From Coniocarpon cinnabarinum (lineage: Eukaryota): a DNA stretch of 64,000 nt. Made by a program: the position numbers and the translations under genes. A model generated the notes under the pieces. That model saw nothing but the letters and a program-made list of their open reading frames with translations, was not told where the DNA came from and ran no database searches. The stretch spans positions 124,001 to 188,000 of the forward strand of contig JAVECO010000006.1 in NCBI GenBank assembly GCA_051942205.1, read 5' to 3'. This document shows, piece after piece, positions 48,991 through 62,019 of this stretch (position 1 is its first letter; each line of letters begins with the position of its first letter).

Positions 48991-51716
48991 TTATCGTCCC
49001 ATCGACCCTGGGCCCACCGGCTTCCTTCTCACGCTCCCAGCACTGGGGTCAGATTGATGCATGGGTGGTCGTCTCGAGTCGGCCGTAGTGAGATCGAATT
49101 GAGTGTGCTCTAGGGCAGGAGTGCCCGGAATTGTGGGCATGCTGGGTGGTCCCAGCTTTCCAGGAGGTGCCCTCCTCTCTCGCATTGGCGCGTTCCCGCC
49201 TCCCATCATATCATGCGGGGATCCTGTGTAATATCCATTCGAGGGGCCATAGGATGGGTCTGCGCCATAGTTCGCCCCGTAGCGACCCTGACGTGCGTTT
49301 GAATCCTCTATGCGAGCCATGGTAGCGGAATCCATGGCTGCATTAGCCCTTCGCATTTCGGGTGTGGTGTTGGGTTGGACGGGAGGTCGCTGTCTGTAGT
49401 TGTGGGCCATTTCCGGAGGCATTTGAACAGGTTGCATCGGCTTGCTAGAATATGGCTGGAAGTTGTCAACCTGCGGAGGTCCTTGGCTTGGGAACGGTTC
49501 TCGTGAGCTTGGCAAATGCTCTGAACTACTTGCTTCACTGTACGAGTCATCCACTGATGGATTCATGCTTGCTGGGGTTGTACCGTGCTTTGGAGGTGGT
49601 GGTGGGGCTTCGTCCCGCTGAGTCTCAAAGGAGAGTCGAGACCGCTCGTTTGGTCGATAAACTCGGTCAGAAGCTGCTCGCTTGTGTGGCGCAGAGAAGG
49701 GCCCTTGCTCGACAGGCACAGTTTCCGAGCGTGCTGGAGCTGCGAATGGACCGCTCAGTGCGGGCGAACCATGTCGAGATCCGGGTGTGGAACGGGTGTT
49801 CGCGCTTTCATCTCCAAACGCGACCCCTGCGCCGTTTCGTGTGGGTGTCAGATTGAGCGTGGATCGACTCATTGAGGGCAGGTTGACACTCGACCTGCTG
49901 CCACCACGTCGGCGACCTACAGTGCTTCCAGACTGGCCCGGGTCGCTCGGTGCTGATGTGATGCGTTTGGATGTGAGAATCTTCAGCTGTCGCCTCCACT
50001 CGCGTTCGCCCCAATTGCTACTACCCTCGGTGTGTATGAGGCCCGCGACATCGATGAGCTCAAGGTATCCGTATCTTGAACTGTTGGGCATAGCAAACAT
50101 GAGACTTCGTGTATCAAGGGCGTCAGCTATCAACCTATTAGGTCGCCCATAGAGTGCAAAAGTGTCAAACGTAGGGATGAGCCACCGAAGCATCATCTCG
50201 AAACCTGAGATGGCGTGGTGACGATCGGGCATCACGAACACAAAACCCTCGGTCTTCGCATTCCTGTTGCCATGTATCGTGATGGTTCCTTCGACTTTGA
50301 TCAGAGTTGACTGTTCGACAAGCGCTTGGTTTTGTGGGTAGATTGAATACGCAGCGAAAGCGTCTGTAACCGTCGCAATGGGTTGCGTCTTCTTGGTGAT
50401 CTTCTTGGTGTCATAAAATTTGATATCTCCTTTGACGGTGGGCATCGAGCGGTCATAGGCAGATTTCTTCTTGGCGGACTTTTGTGCTTTGGCAAAAGCT
50501 TTCTCGTCTGGCGGCGAAATCACGCACCAGCATGGGCGCCATTGGGTTCCAGCTCCGAAGCGCACTTGCACCCAGTCATCCGTTGGAAACCTTGATCGCT
50601 CCATGATCGACTTGATATTGTTGAGGTGCTTGCCTTTGCCGGCCAATATGGAGCCTGTGTATGCCTCCTGCAGAGTAGTGTACTCAAACATCGCCAGTCG
50701 TATGGCAGCCGTCCATTGTGTGAGTGAGTGCAAAGAGTTGAAATGAAGCAAGAAGCGATTGTTCGCCGCGGTTGAGATGCTGAGGACATTCTGGAGAGCT
50801 TGCCCATTGACACCATTCATCGGTAGCGACTCGATCTGTATGACTCATCAGTTACATTGACTTCAACCTGATCCTACATTTTTCGGGATCTCGCACCATT
50901 TTGATAGATGCGTCAGTCAGGTTGATGAACGTTGGAATGACTTCGCCATCAACGGGAGCTGCGTCGAGCTGCGCAGCGTCCCACAGAGACAAGACCGTAC
51001 CCACGAGCTGGGCAAAACACTCGTTCCACACACGATCCGTACTCGGTCTGCCGCCTAAAGCACAGGTTAGCACGAAGCTCTTGGCACCATGTCAGGCGCG
51101 GAACATACGTGAGTCCAAGTCGTGCAGCTTGAGAAAGTAGCCTTCCTGATAGAGCTTGTTGGAATGGCTGTTGAGGTATGTGTAGATGCCCTGCAGTTCG
51201 GCAGGCGTATTCTGATTGACTTCCATGATCGGGGCCTGATATCCAAGAGCGAGGGAGTTGCGGCGGGATGCCGGTCGCGAACCGGTTTGCGAAGCGTTGC
51301 TTTGGCCGCGAGTGCGCCCAGCAACGGTGGGGGAGGGAGGAGCGGAGTTTTCGATGGGATCGTAGACCTTGGGATCGACACCGTTCTTGAGAGAAGTGTC
51401 GCGGCCGTTGGGCTGTGGAGGCTTGAAGTCGGATTGGACGGGGGAGGAAGGAGCAGAGGGGCTGTTGAGGCGAAGGCGGCTGTTACCCCATTCTGACATG
51501 AAGGAGAGGACTGAGGAATGAGAAAAGGCAAAGTTAGCGGCTGATCTGCACAAGGACCGAATGGGAAAGGTCGAATGACGAGAGTGACACTGCGATTTGG
51601 ATTTGCAGGTGGGCGGCGGAAGCACTCGACGAGCGCCAGGCTTTCGGGGCGACAAGCGCCCACTGGGGGAGAGCTTTGATGGGTGGGGACAACGTACCTC
51701 GCTTGGGTCGGGCCAT
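48991..51716 (-). CDS. Skg3/Caf120-like PH-domain protein, 4 exons
   Basis: MARPKR|VLSFMSEW; PAELQGIYTYLNSHSNKLYQEGYFLKLHDLD, WNECFAQLVGTVLSLWDAAQLD, PTFINLTDASIK, WTAAIRLAMFE, VRFGAGTQW, DTFALYGRP; Pro/Ser-rich tail. Confidence 0.82.
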
Positions 51717-53667
51717 AGCGGCGAGAGGAGGAAAAGAGCTGGTGAGGACAAGGATGTGGGAGGAGAGCGTCGCAGCAGCGTCGGGCGACGTCACGGGGCT
51801 GGGCGAGCAGCTGGTTGGGTGGTGGAAACTTGAGTGAGAGAGAGGGGAGGGCCAGCTGGTTGGAGAGTTGGAGGGCTGGAGGGCTGGAGAGTTGTCGAAG
51901 TGCAGAGTGCCAGAGGGCTAAAGTGCGCAATACCTCTGACCCTCTCCGCTCTCACGGCGCTCAGCTCCCCCTTTGCCAAGTGCCCGGCCAGTCTCTGCCT
52001 GTCGCCTTCTCTCTCTCCTTCTCTGCCGGCGGCGCAACGCGGAGTGAGGCGGGTGCGCTCGATGTGCAGGAAGGGAGGACTCAGAGAGGCTGTCAAGTAT
52101 GCAGAGCAGCTTGTATCCTCGACCTGAGCTTTTAATCACGCTCGCTAGGCCTCGTGAGGCGAGAGGTCCAAGGCGAGCGCTTGTCCTGGTCGCTGGATTG
52201 CGCGGCAAGCGAAGGCTGAGCAGCCAAAGCACTCAAGACTTCACTGGCTGTCCTGTCACTCGACGACAGTCATGTGTGCACGTCTTGCGAGAGGATTCAA
52301 AGGAACATGGAGGCGTGCTTGCAAACGCCAGAGAAGAAGAAAATTGGCTTGAGTGCCAAACGCATCGCCGCTAATGGATCTTGATTTTCCAACCTCCGCC
52401 GTTGCGGGCTTCCTTGATCGTGGTACCTAATAAGGTCAAGACATGATGACTGTCGCCGAACTCGCTTGCTCTCCCTGCTCGGACCATGCCCAATTCACAC
52501 GTCACTGGGCGCGCGTTGGCTCAATCAGCACCTTCGCAAACGCGCGTACGGCTGGCGTCCCGCGCAGCTCCATTAGGCCACTGGCTCGCGTTGCCCTAAA
52601 CTCTGATACGGCTTGCCCCCCAGATCTTGCTCGCGTTCTTATTCCCTCTGCCCAATCATTGACGTCTTATCATCGCAAGGATCACTTAGCATCGCAAAGC
52701 TCGTAAGTGTATGATCGCTATCCCGCTGAGTCTCAAGGCGCTGGGTTGAAAAGTCGTCTCTGGGGGTTTCGCCCCCTCGCTCTCGCAGTCTTACGGCAGC
52801 CGCAAGGCTGTCAAAGCTCTCCTGCAGCGATCGGCATTGACATCCGAGCAGCTTACTCCAGATTGTATCTTCCCGAGGCGGTCATCATTGGCTATGCCCT
52901 TTTAGCTCCTCCACTTGAAATTGAGGACTGTCCGCATTGAGTAATACGAGTAACACTCCTGCAAATGATGCCAAAAGTGCCCTTCGACATTGAGGCTGCA
53001 GGCCTAGCCGCTTCCACGCCAACGCATTTAGCATAGTTTCGTGGAGCTGACAGGTTCTGGCTGGCCGCACAGGATGCCGAGAGACCGTACCAGCGTTGAC
53101 GCAGGGTGTAGACACATAGCTCGAAGCCAGGCACGCACAAAATGAGGTTCACGGTCGATCTGGTGCCCAGCTATAACTTCTTTGTGAGACTGATGGCTAG
53201 ACTGAGACTTCAGCTTCAAGCACCTTCGATATATGTCTACGAATATGTACTCCCCCCAACAGACGACTTAGACTAGCCCATCATTGCTCTCGCATGCATC
53301 AGAAGCAGGCTTCAGACCGTGCTATCACTGCCTGTCTACCTCCAACTGGGTGGCTGGTTCAAGGAGACCCTGCCCAAGCAGCACCCTGCCCAATCTATTG
53401 AATGTGGCCACCTCCGAAACGCACACGTGACGATAGAGAGACAGTCACGCGGAAGAGGTATTATCCGTGGCATGTTTCAGAATGCGCGCTAAGTTTCGTC
53501 CATTGATGATAGCTTTGCATTGATTTACGTTTCTTAAACCCCACCAACTCACATTCCAGTCCTTGCCAGTGCACTCTGTCGCGTTTTCTATTCTCGTCTT
53601 ACATTCGGGTCTTGATCTTGCTAACGCGCGCAGCCAGTAGCAGATTCACACAAGTTCGCAAGCGTCG

Positions 53668-55170
53668 ATGGGGCAAGCCAAGCCTAATTCCCAAACGCGC
53701 AAGAAAGCAGGTGCTGCCGGACAGCACCAACAGGGACCGCCAGCACCGATGGACGTTCCGTACCGAATAGCAAGCATCACAGCCACGAAGCCCGCAAAGC
53801 CCTCGCGCAAGCGCAAGCGTGCCACTACAGCCTCGAAGAGCGATAGTCCCAAGGGATACCTGACCGAACACAACAAGCACGATGCCCGCCTCTCCATCCA
53901 CTACAGGGTCGTGCCGAAGCAAGGAGCTCCAGCGAGTTTGACGCCGTGGGATGACTTGAGGAGCAAGCAGGCGTTTAGAGCGGGCCGCTCCCTGTTCAAG
54001 ATAGTCGACTTCGTACTCATCAGCAACGGAGAAACAACTGCAGACATCCCAGAGGATCAGGACGATGATGATGATGAATACTGGGATCGGTTCTGGGTTG
54101 GACAAATACTTGAGATCCGATTTGTTGATTCGAGTCACGTCTACTGCAGGGTCTGGTGGTTCTACAGACCCGAAGAAGTCGTGGGTGGACGTCAACCGCA
54201 CCATGGTTCTGGGGAGGTCTTTTTGAGCAACCACATGGAAATTATTGATGCCACGTCCGTCGGTTGTATCACTGAGGTCAGCAGAATCAATGAGAACAGC
54301 CTTGTGCTCGATGGGCCAGCTTCTGGCTACACCGACCTATTTTGGAGGTACGCCGTCAACGTTCTCAGCAGGCGCGGGTCCCACCAGGTCGTCCTAGACC
54401 AGCCCAAGAACATCTGCGTCTGTCAGCAGCCCTCGAATCCAGACTGGGGGCCGGTCTTTTGCAACGACACTCGGGGATGCGGCAGGTGGATGCACACGGA
54501 ATGCATCGAAAGCGACGTGGCTCGACGACTCCGTGAGCGTGAGAAGCAAGCAACGTCAGAAGAGACCACACCAAAGCCGGCTGGTTTCTTGAACAGGCTC
54601 TCATCGGTCTTCAGGACTTATTCCAAAGAAGATACAAGCACCAAAGCCAATGGACAAACCTCGGCGGCATCAGGAGAGTCTGCGCAATCCGGAGCACCCA
54701 ATGGACAAGATGACATCAACGCAGACGCTGCACAAAGGTTTGATGTCGAGCTACGACGGGCGCCCGTCGGCACAGATTCTGAAGAGCCACTTCGCGCCAC
54801 TGTGACATCAGCAGAGGACGTCAACGGCCAGCGCTCCACGGAGGAGGTAGTACATTGCCTGTTCTGCCAAGAAACGCTGCAGACGCAGATTTACAATGTT
54901 ATGTTGAAGCCTTTCAGGGTTTGGGAGGTCGAGGAAGACGGAGAAGCAGCTGGTGCGAATGAGACGACTGAGAAACAAGTAAGGGTCATGGTACCGTCTC
55001 CAGCCAACGGACCCGAGGACCACGAGGACGAGGACGGAGCCCTGGACGGCGAAGACGAAAGCGGAGGTGAAGATGAAAGTGAGGGGGAGAACGTGAACGG
55101 TGCTGACGAAGAAACCGACACCGAAGAGGACGAAGCAGAGCAGCGGGCTGCCAAAAGGGCGAAGAAATGA
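53668..55170 (+). CDS. BAH + split PHD chromatin reader (EBS/SHL-like; EPR-1/BP1-like)
   Basis: BAH core FWVGQILEIR..VYCRVWWFYRPEEV.GGRQPHHG.GEVFLSNHMEIIDA; PHD CVC..C....C..WMHTEC with the final CLFC 117 residues downstream; acidic tail and C-terminal KRAKK. Confidence 0.82.
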   Translation: MGQAKPNSQTRKKAGAAGQHQQGPPAPMDVPYRIASITATKPAKPSRKRKRATTASKSDSPKGYLTEHNKHDARLSIHYRVVPKQGAPASLTPWDDLRSKQAFRAGRSLFKIVDFVLISNGETTADIPEDQDDDDDEYWDRFWVGQILEIRFVDSSHVYCRVWWFYRPEEVVGGRQPHHGSGEVFLSNHMEIIDATSVGCITEVSRINENSLVLDGPASGYTDLFWRYAVNVLSRRGSHQVVLDQPKNICVCQQPSNPDWGPVFCNDTRGCGRWMHTECIESDVARRLREREKQATSEETTPKPAGFLNRLSSVFRTYSKEDTSTKANGQTSAASGESAQSGAPNGQDDINADAAQRFDVELRRAPVGTDSEEPLRATVTSAEDVNGQRSTEEVVHCLFCQETLQTQIYNVMLKPFRVWEVEEDGEAAGANETTEKQVRVMVPSPANGPEDHEDEDGALDGEDESGGEDESEGENVNGADEETDTEEDEAEQRAAKRAKK

Positions 55171-55656
55171 GTTATGTCCTGAGCATCTGGTTATGCATGC
55201 AAGATACCCCTATCGTCTTACTTAGCGTCGGCGTTGGTGGTCGAATACGACGACGGAAAGACACGAATACCTAAATCTAATGAATCAACTCAAGCACACA
55301 TTACATTTGAATCTTGATGGGAAACGAACCGACGTGAATGTTTGATCCGCGTGGTTTGAGTTCCATAGCGGCAGCTGATTTGGCAATTACCACGTGCAAT
55401 ATCAAAAGTAGACAGCTACCTCGACGGCATACGCTAGCCTGTGTTGTGTATGAGCTTCCAAGCACAATATGATACTGAGGGGTGTCTCAAGAGATACCTT
55501 TCAGCTTGTGAAAACGTAAAAATACTTGATGATGTGCACGACATTTGAGAAAGTGCTTCACAAACGAGATTGCTGCATGTGCCTTACGCACCTCATGCGC
55601 TTGCTACGTTGATCTATGATCGTGCGGTTTTCCCCGCCGCTAGATACACATACAAA

Positions 55657-56762
55657 CTACTGTTCGCTCGCACTAGCACCAGTAATGATTTCCACCAACT
55701 CGCCAGTAATCACGGCCTGTCTCGTTCTGTTGTACAAAATGCTGAACTTGTTGATCATCTCACCAGCGTTCTTCGACGCGTTGTCCATTGCGTTGCGGCG
55801 GGCTGACTGCTCGCAGGCATGTCCTTCTGCAAGGCCCCAGTACAATGTGTTGGCGAGGGAATACTCGCGAAGATTGGGGAGGAGAGCGTCGTCAATTTCG
55901 AACGCCGCAAAGTTGGCTATGCTTGTTGTTAGCACATCTGGAGCTGCAATATGTGAGCAAAAGACCAACAACGGTCAACATACGGCTTGATTTGATCGCC
56001 TCTTCCGAGTAGGCCTCCACAATGACTGGCTCGTAACTCTGCGCGTTTAGGAACTTATTGTACATGATCTGGATGCTGTCGTATTGCGTCGGCAGCAATG
56101 CAATTTGGTCTGCGATGGCCTGAGCATCTGCGAACGTAGGAATGTCCTTGCCGATGTTCGCAAAGCTCAGCACCATGTTCCGTGAGTTTGCACGTCCAAG
56201 CTGAGCTTTGCATTTTTCACCCAGCACCGCAAGATCGATGTCTGAATTGTCGGCCAGCATTCGTCTCGTTGCACGCGTCATGCCGGAATGGATACCACCG
56301 CAGAGACCCTTGTCGCTGGAGCAAATGACCAGAAGCGACTTCTTCTTTTCAGTTGGCTCGGCTTCTTTCAAGCCTTTTGATGTCTCTGCCTCGTCGAAAA
56401 CACTGTTCGACGTCTCTCCGTACACTCGAGATTCAACCATTGCACGTTGTGCGCGAGAGAGCTTGGTGGATGCGACGATCTTCATCGTCTTGGTGATCTT
56501 CTCAATGTTACGGATAGACTTCAAACGGCCTTCAATCTCGCGGAGGGTAGCGAAACCAGCACTGGGGGTGACAACGGCAGGCCTAGAGGTTTTACAAGTC
56601 AGTCTCGCTACATGATCGATCTCGTGCTCATCTTCAGGTCTTCTGGAGGACTGTTCTTAAGAGGTTGTGAAGCTGGGAAAAAGGTGCTGGATGGGTGGAG
56701 TTTATGTACCTTGCTGCGGCAGCGGCCAGCCGCCATGCTGGTCTTACTGCTTTTGAAATCAT
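55657..56762 (-). CDS. ATP3: Mitochondrial F1 ATP synthase gamma subunit, 3 exons
   Basis: Presequence [95 protein letters not shown]. Confidence 0.97.
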
Positions 56763-57217
56763 GCTGAACCGTTAGAGCGGAGACTGATGGTGTGAGTAAA
56801 ACCACGACCAAAGGGACTGGGTGAAGTGCTGCAAGGAGAGCTTTCGGGAGTTCGAGGCTCGTCAGCGCTTGGCACGCCCCACAGGGCAGGCGTATGCCGA
56901 GATTGCTGCTTACGGGAAAAGCGCATACTCGAGCCTCGCTTTTACTTTTGTCTGGGTCGAATCGCCGCCTTTTCTTTCTTCCTCAGTCTCTCTCTTCTGT
57001 CTTTTTGAGTTTCTCTCATTCTTTTCGCGCCCAGCCAACTTGTCCGCTCTCCGAAGTCCTCATCCTGTCTCGTGGCACCATTTTGCTCGTGTCTGCCCGC
57101 TTGACGCGGGCCTTTCCCTTCACCAGACACCGTTCATTCCACACCGCGTGCCTTCGAGCTCAGCAAGCGCGTGTAATTACTCAATTTCTGACTCGGCACC
57201 CGTTTCCCGTGTTCACC

Positions 57218-60120
57218 ATGTCGGATTCCGACTCAGATGCTCCTCTCGTGGCAAGGAGCAATGGAGGTAAGCATGGGTTCCTCACCTCCACCGTGGCTTC
57301 TTGCAGCACTTAAGCTGCAGCTTCCCTTCATCCTGACTTAGCGCAGCAATATATATGCGAAACGTGTCGTGATTGGATGCAATTGCTGACAAGACCATGC
57401 TCGCAGTCAAATCAAAGGAGACAGTCTCCAAGAATGAGGACAGGAACACGGGAAGATTCTCTAATGGGTCCGTCGAACCTGGGGTCTCACTACGCATGGG
57501 CCCAGTCAGGGAGGAGAGTATGAACGTTGACAAGCCGGTCATCAATGGTATCAATGGCAAGCGGAAATCACGGGTGAATGGCGCCAGTTACAGAGAAGCC
57601 AGCAGCTCGGGAGATGATGAGGATGCGCCTTTGAACAAGAAGCGGAAGACGTCCATCAAGCCAAAGAAGGAAGATTCCGACTCCGATGAACCCCTCGCTG
57701 CTAAGCCGAATCTGAAGATCAAGAAGCCGCCAAAGGCATCGCCCGCTCAAATCGGTGAATCCGATGACGACGTTCCGCTCACGAAAAAGCTCTCCTCGCA
57801 GAAGGCCAAAATCGAAAAGCAAGCCGAAGTGGAAGCTAAGAAACTTCGCAACGAAGACAACAAGAAGCAGAAGGCGAAAGCTTCCAGGAAGACGAGTAGC
57901 TCGTCCAAAGTCAAACAAGAAGAATCAGATGAGGACGACAAACCTCTCAAGCGTAAAGCCACTAGTAAAGCAGCGCCCTCGAAGGCTTCGCCAGCCAAAG
58001 CGACCCCCGCGTCCAACAAGGGAAAGGGCAAGGCTAAAGAAGTCAAGAAAGAGGAAATTGAAGAAGGTGCTGAAGACGAGGAGGATGAAGAGTATCATTG
58101 GTGGGAGCAACACAATGCACTTGGTGATGGTACGAAGAAATGGTCCAACCTTGAGCATAACGGTGTCGTGTTCCCACCGCCTTATGAGCCTTTACCGTCG
58201 AATGTTAGGCTTCACTACGATGGCACGCCGGTGAATTTGAACCTCGAAGCAGAGGAAGTGGCAACCTTCTATGGCAGCATGCTTCACTCTAAGCCTAACG
58301 TTGAGAACCCGACATTCAACAAAAATTTCTTTGAAGACTTCACCGCCGTTCTCAACAAGACTGGACATGCCACAGACAAGCATGGCAACAAGGTGAAGAT
58401 CGTCTCTTTCGAAAAGTGCAACTTTCGACCAATCTTTGAATATTTTGATGCCGGCCGGGAAGCCAAAAAGAACCGACCTGCGGCTGAGAAAAAAGCCGAA
58501 AAGGCGGAGAAAGAGGAGCGCGAGGGTGCATTCCAATACTGCCAATGGGACGGCCGCAAACAAAAGGTCGGCAACTTTCGCATCGAGCCGCCCGGTCTGT
58601 TTCGAGGTCGAGGAGAGCATCCTAAGACTGGTCGCATAAAGAAGCGAGTATTGCCCGAGCAAATTACTATCAATATTGGTGAGAAGGCGCAAGTTCCTGC
58701 GCCGCCTGAAGGCCACCGATGGAAGGAGATCAAGCATGATCACGAAGGCACCTGGTTGGCGATGTGGCAGGAAAACATCAACAACGCGTACAAATACGTG
58801 ATGCTTGCTGCTAATTCCGACATCAAAGGCCAGAGTGACTTCAAAAAGTTTGAGAAAGCCCGCGAACTCAAAAAGTACATTGACAAGATTCGGATCGACT
58901 ATCGCAAAGGCCTCAAAGATCCACAGATGGCGGACCGGCAACGCGCGACTGCCATGTATTTGATCGACGAATTCGCATTGCGTGCAGGCAACGAAAAAGG
59001 CGAAGACGAGGCGGATACGGTCGGCTGCTGCTCCTTGAAGTATGAGCATATTACGCTTCAACCGCCCAACATCGTGGTATTTGACTTCCTTGGCAAGGAC
59101 AGCATCAGATACCATGAGGAGGTAAAGGTCGACGAGCAGGTTTTCAAGAACTTGCGAATTTTCAAGAAAGAGCCTAAAGGGCCAGGCGATGAAGTTTTTG
59201 ATCGGCTCACTACATCATCGCTGAACAAACATCTCGCAACGTACATGCCCGGTCTCACAGCCAAGGTGTTCCGTACCTACAACGCCTCGTTCACAATGTC
59301 CAAACTTCTTCGAGACCTCAAGGTCAGCGGCACTATTCCTGAAAAAGTCAAGGACTACAATGATGCCAATCGTCGAGTCGCGATTCTATGCAATCACAAG
59401 CGGACGGTGGCCGCAGGTCACCAAGGCGCTATGGAAAAGCTCGATGATAAAATCAATGGTCTTCGATACCAGCAGTGGCGGATTAAGCAGATGATCCTGG
59501 ATGTTGATCCCAAGTCAAAAAGCAAGCTCAACAAGAAGCATGGCGAAGGCTATTTCGACCTCCCGAAAGATTTGACACCCGAGTGGGTCCAGAAACACGT
59601 TGACGACCTTGTCCAAGAGCAACGCACCAAGATCGAAAAGAAGTTCGCCAAGGAGAACAACAAGCTGAAGGAAGAAGGCAAAAAAGAGATGAAGCACAAG
59701 GAGCTCGATGAGCGCCTGCAAGTCGCGAAGGACTTGGAGAAGAAGTTGAAGGCGGAAGCCAAAAAGCGTAAAGTGGATGCGGAAGGCAAGGGCCCGACCG
59801 TGGAGAAGTATGACGAGCAGATCAAGAAGCTTGATCAGCGCATTGAGACCATGCGCGTGCAGGCAGACGATAAAGAGAATACCAAAGAGGTGGCACTTGG
59901 TACATCGAAGATCGTAAGTGCTGATCCCTGTCAGGGCATGGCGGAAGCCGCGGTAGAGGGGTGAGATGCTGACGTGCGCTGGCAGAATTACATTGATCCT
60001 CGATTGACCGTGGTGTTCTCCAAGAAGTTCGACGTGCCGATTGAGCGCTTTTTCTCCAAGTCGCTGCGGGAGAAGTTCGACTGGGCGATCAAGTCGGTAG
60101 ACGAGAATTGGGAATTCTGA
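57218..60120 (+). CDS. TOP1: DNA topoisomerase IB, 3 exons
   Basis: [63 protein letters not shown]; intron 59914-59985 joins GTSKI|NYIDPR with the catalytic Tyr; first intron 57267-57406. Confidence 0.97.
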
Positions 60121-61392
60121 CCGAGACGATGCCTGGTTGCCGTGTCTGGTGGCCGAGCGAGGATATGGCGATGGTGATATTGGTAGCGACGGCGATGTCT
60201 CAAAGCCATGAGCCATTATGGAGGAAAGCCAGCCTTGTGCGAGTCGTGGGGAGAGAAGTGTTGCATGAACCATTTCTAGAATTAGAGACTGACCCTTGGC
60301 AAACAATAGAACCAATGTTAGGAGTAGGCTGCTTCTTTCTTCGATCGTCTTTGCAGTGATGAAGTACACCAGGTTGGATGCCTGCTGAGCATCAAAAGGG
60401 GCAATAGCGAGCACTGACGATGATACATGAAGTGAGAGGTCTCGTATCTTTACGTGATATGCAGCCGTGTCTACGGAAGAATGAGATGGCATGGTGCGAT
60501 ATACGATGATGTTCGGCCGAGGCGCCGGCTGCTGAGGCGATGCCTGGGAGGCAGAGGATGCTTGTCGAGGCGAGTCAGCGCGCGGGGGAGACGATGCGGC
60601 ACCGTTGAGGGCGCTAAGGCGAGGCTGTTGGGTGAGAGCTGGAGGGATGTCGAGAGCAGCAGGCGATGTGGTTCTGGACGCCAGATCTGCCGCCAGGCAT
60701 CTAGAAACCCGTAATCCCTCATCCCGGAGCTGCACGCTCGGTGTGGGTGTCGCTCACATGACAGCCGGCGAGGCCTGTCGCGGGGCGGGCAAATGGGAAA
60801 AAAGGAAAGAGGATCGAGTGATGAGGGCAGGGAGTCGAAAGGGCTGTCTGTGTGTGTCAGTGTGTCAGTGTCTCTTGTTCCCTGGCGCGCAACGGGCAAT
60901 AGCGCGCACCGCGGCTCATTCACTCGACTCACTCGACTCAATGGGCGACGGAGGCTCCGACTATCGACTCGTAGCTCGACTCGTAGCCGGCGCGCCAGCT
61001 CTTTCTCTCTCTCCGTGCGTGAAGCTCCCCTGGCGCTGGGGCGAGGCTGCGACGGTAACGAGCGACCAGCGCCTCACTGCCGGACGAGGAGGTGGTCTGC
61101 TCCATCTGCTCCATCTGGTCGAGTCGAGAGATGCAGGCGGCCGCGTGACCTGGCCCTGGACCTGGCAAGAGAGCAGGCAGGAAAGGGGAAGCTCGCGTAC
61201 GCCGCATCAACGTCGGTCCTGACTTGCGCACCGCACGAGCGCGCCGTCGCTGCACGTTGGCTGCATGTCGCCGTGTGCCTGCGTGAGTGCGTCTGCCGGG
61301 GCGAATGCTAGGCGCAATGCCAGTGTCGAGGTGCACGTCGGCCTTTCAGATTCGACGTCATGCACGCTGGGGAGAGCGTGGGTGCGTGGGCA

Positions 61393-61425
61393 GTGTGTGG
61401 TGTGTGTGTGGTGTGGGTGTGTGTG
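61393..61425. repeat. Imperfect (TG)n microsatellite
   Basis: gtgtgtggtgtgtgtgtggtgtgggtgtgtgtg in the intergenic region upstream of the SDR gene. Confidence 0.8.
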
Positions 61426-62019
61426 ATCTAGCTCCTCCCCATCGTCCCATCTCGAACACCACACCTGCCCTCCTCTTGCTCACTCACCCTCCCTATCCTA
61501 TCCTCGACACTCACCCTCACACTGCCGTCGGTCGCTCAGCCTCTTTTCGTCTTCCGCTCATCCCTCTCTCTCTCCATTGCCCGTCGCTCGTTGATGCCTG
61601 TCCGCTCCGCGATCATCACCAGCATGCCCATGGAGCAGGACCCATCGCATCTATAATACAACTGCGGGTCTCGCATTATAGTTTGTCCACAGACCACTCA
61701 CCCACTCTAGCTTCAATGGCTTCCTCCTGCATCTGCCGCCTGCAGGAACAGATCCAGTCCTCTCCGCTCAACCTGGTCGCTGCGTTGTCCACCGTCGCTC
61801 TCTTCTTCTCTCCCTCTCCTATCCTTGCTCGCTCTCACGCTCTGTGTCGTTGACCATTTCGCTTGCCTCCATTTAAAAAGCACGCCGTCTGCCTCCTCTC
61901 TCTGGCCCGCCCGCACCTCTCGTCACCTCGTATGACGTACATGAGGGCTCCGCAAGGCCCCTCCCCCGCTGCTACTATTACTCCTGATAGGCTGACAACG
62001 CTCATCTCCTCGAAACGTC

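Noticed and set aside
51067..52374. Long Pro/Ser/Arg ORFs around the 5' end of the SKG3-like gene
   Set aside because: Alternative frames of CT-rich 5' UTR, intron 1 and exon 2; the spliced model from ATG 51716 explains the region.
58192..59115. 307-aa minus-strand ORF
   Set aside because: Entirely antisense to the TOP1 core; expected from codon bias.
59515..60735. 406-aa minus-strand ORF
   Set aside because: TTG start, largely antisense to TOP1 and its 3' region, no recognisable domain; shadow ORF in GC-rich DNA.
61393..61425. TG1-3 yeast-telomere-like tract
   Set aside because: Filamentous ascomycetes generally use TTAGGG; the tract is short, internal and explained as an imperfect GT microsatellite.
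60471..61853. Several overlapping 130-205 aa ORFs
   Set aside because: GC-rich, simple-repeat-rich promoter/UTR DNA with open frames on both strands and no protein-like signal.
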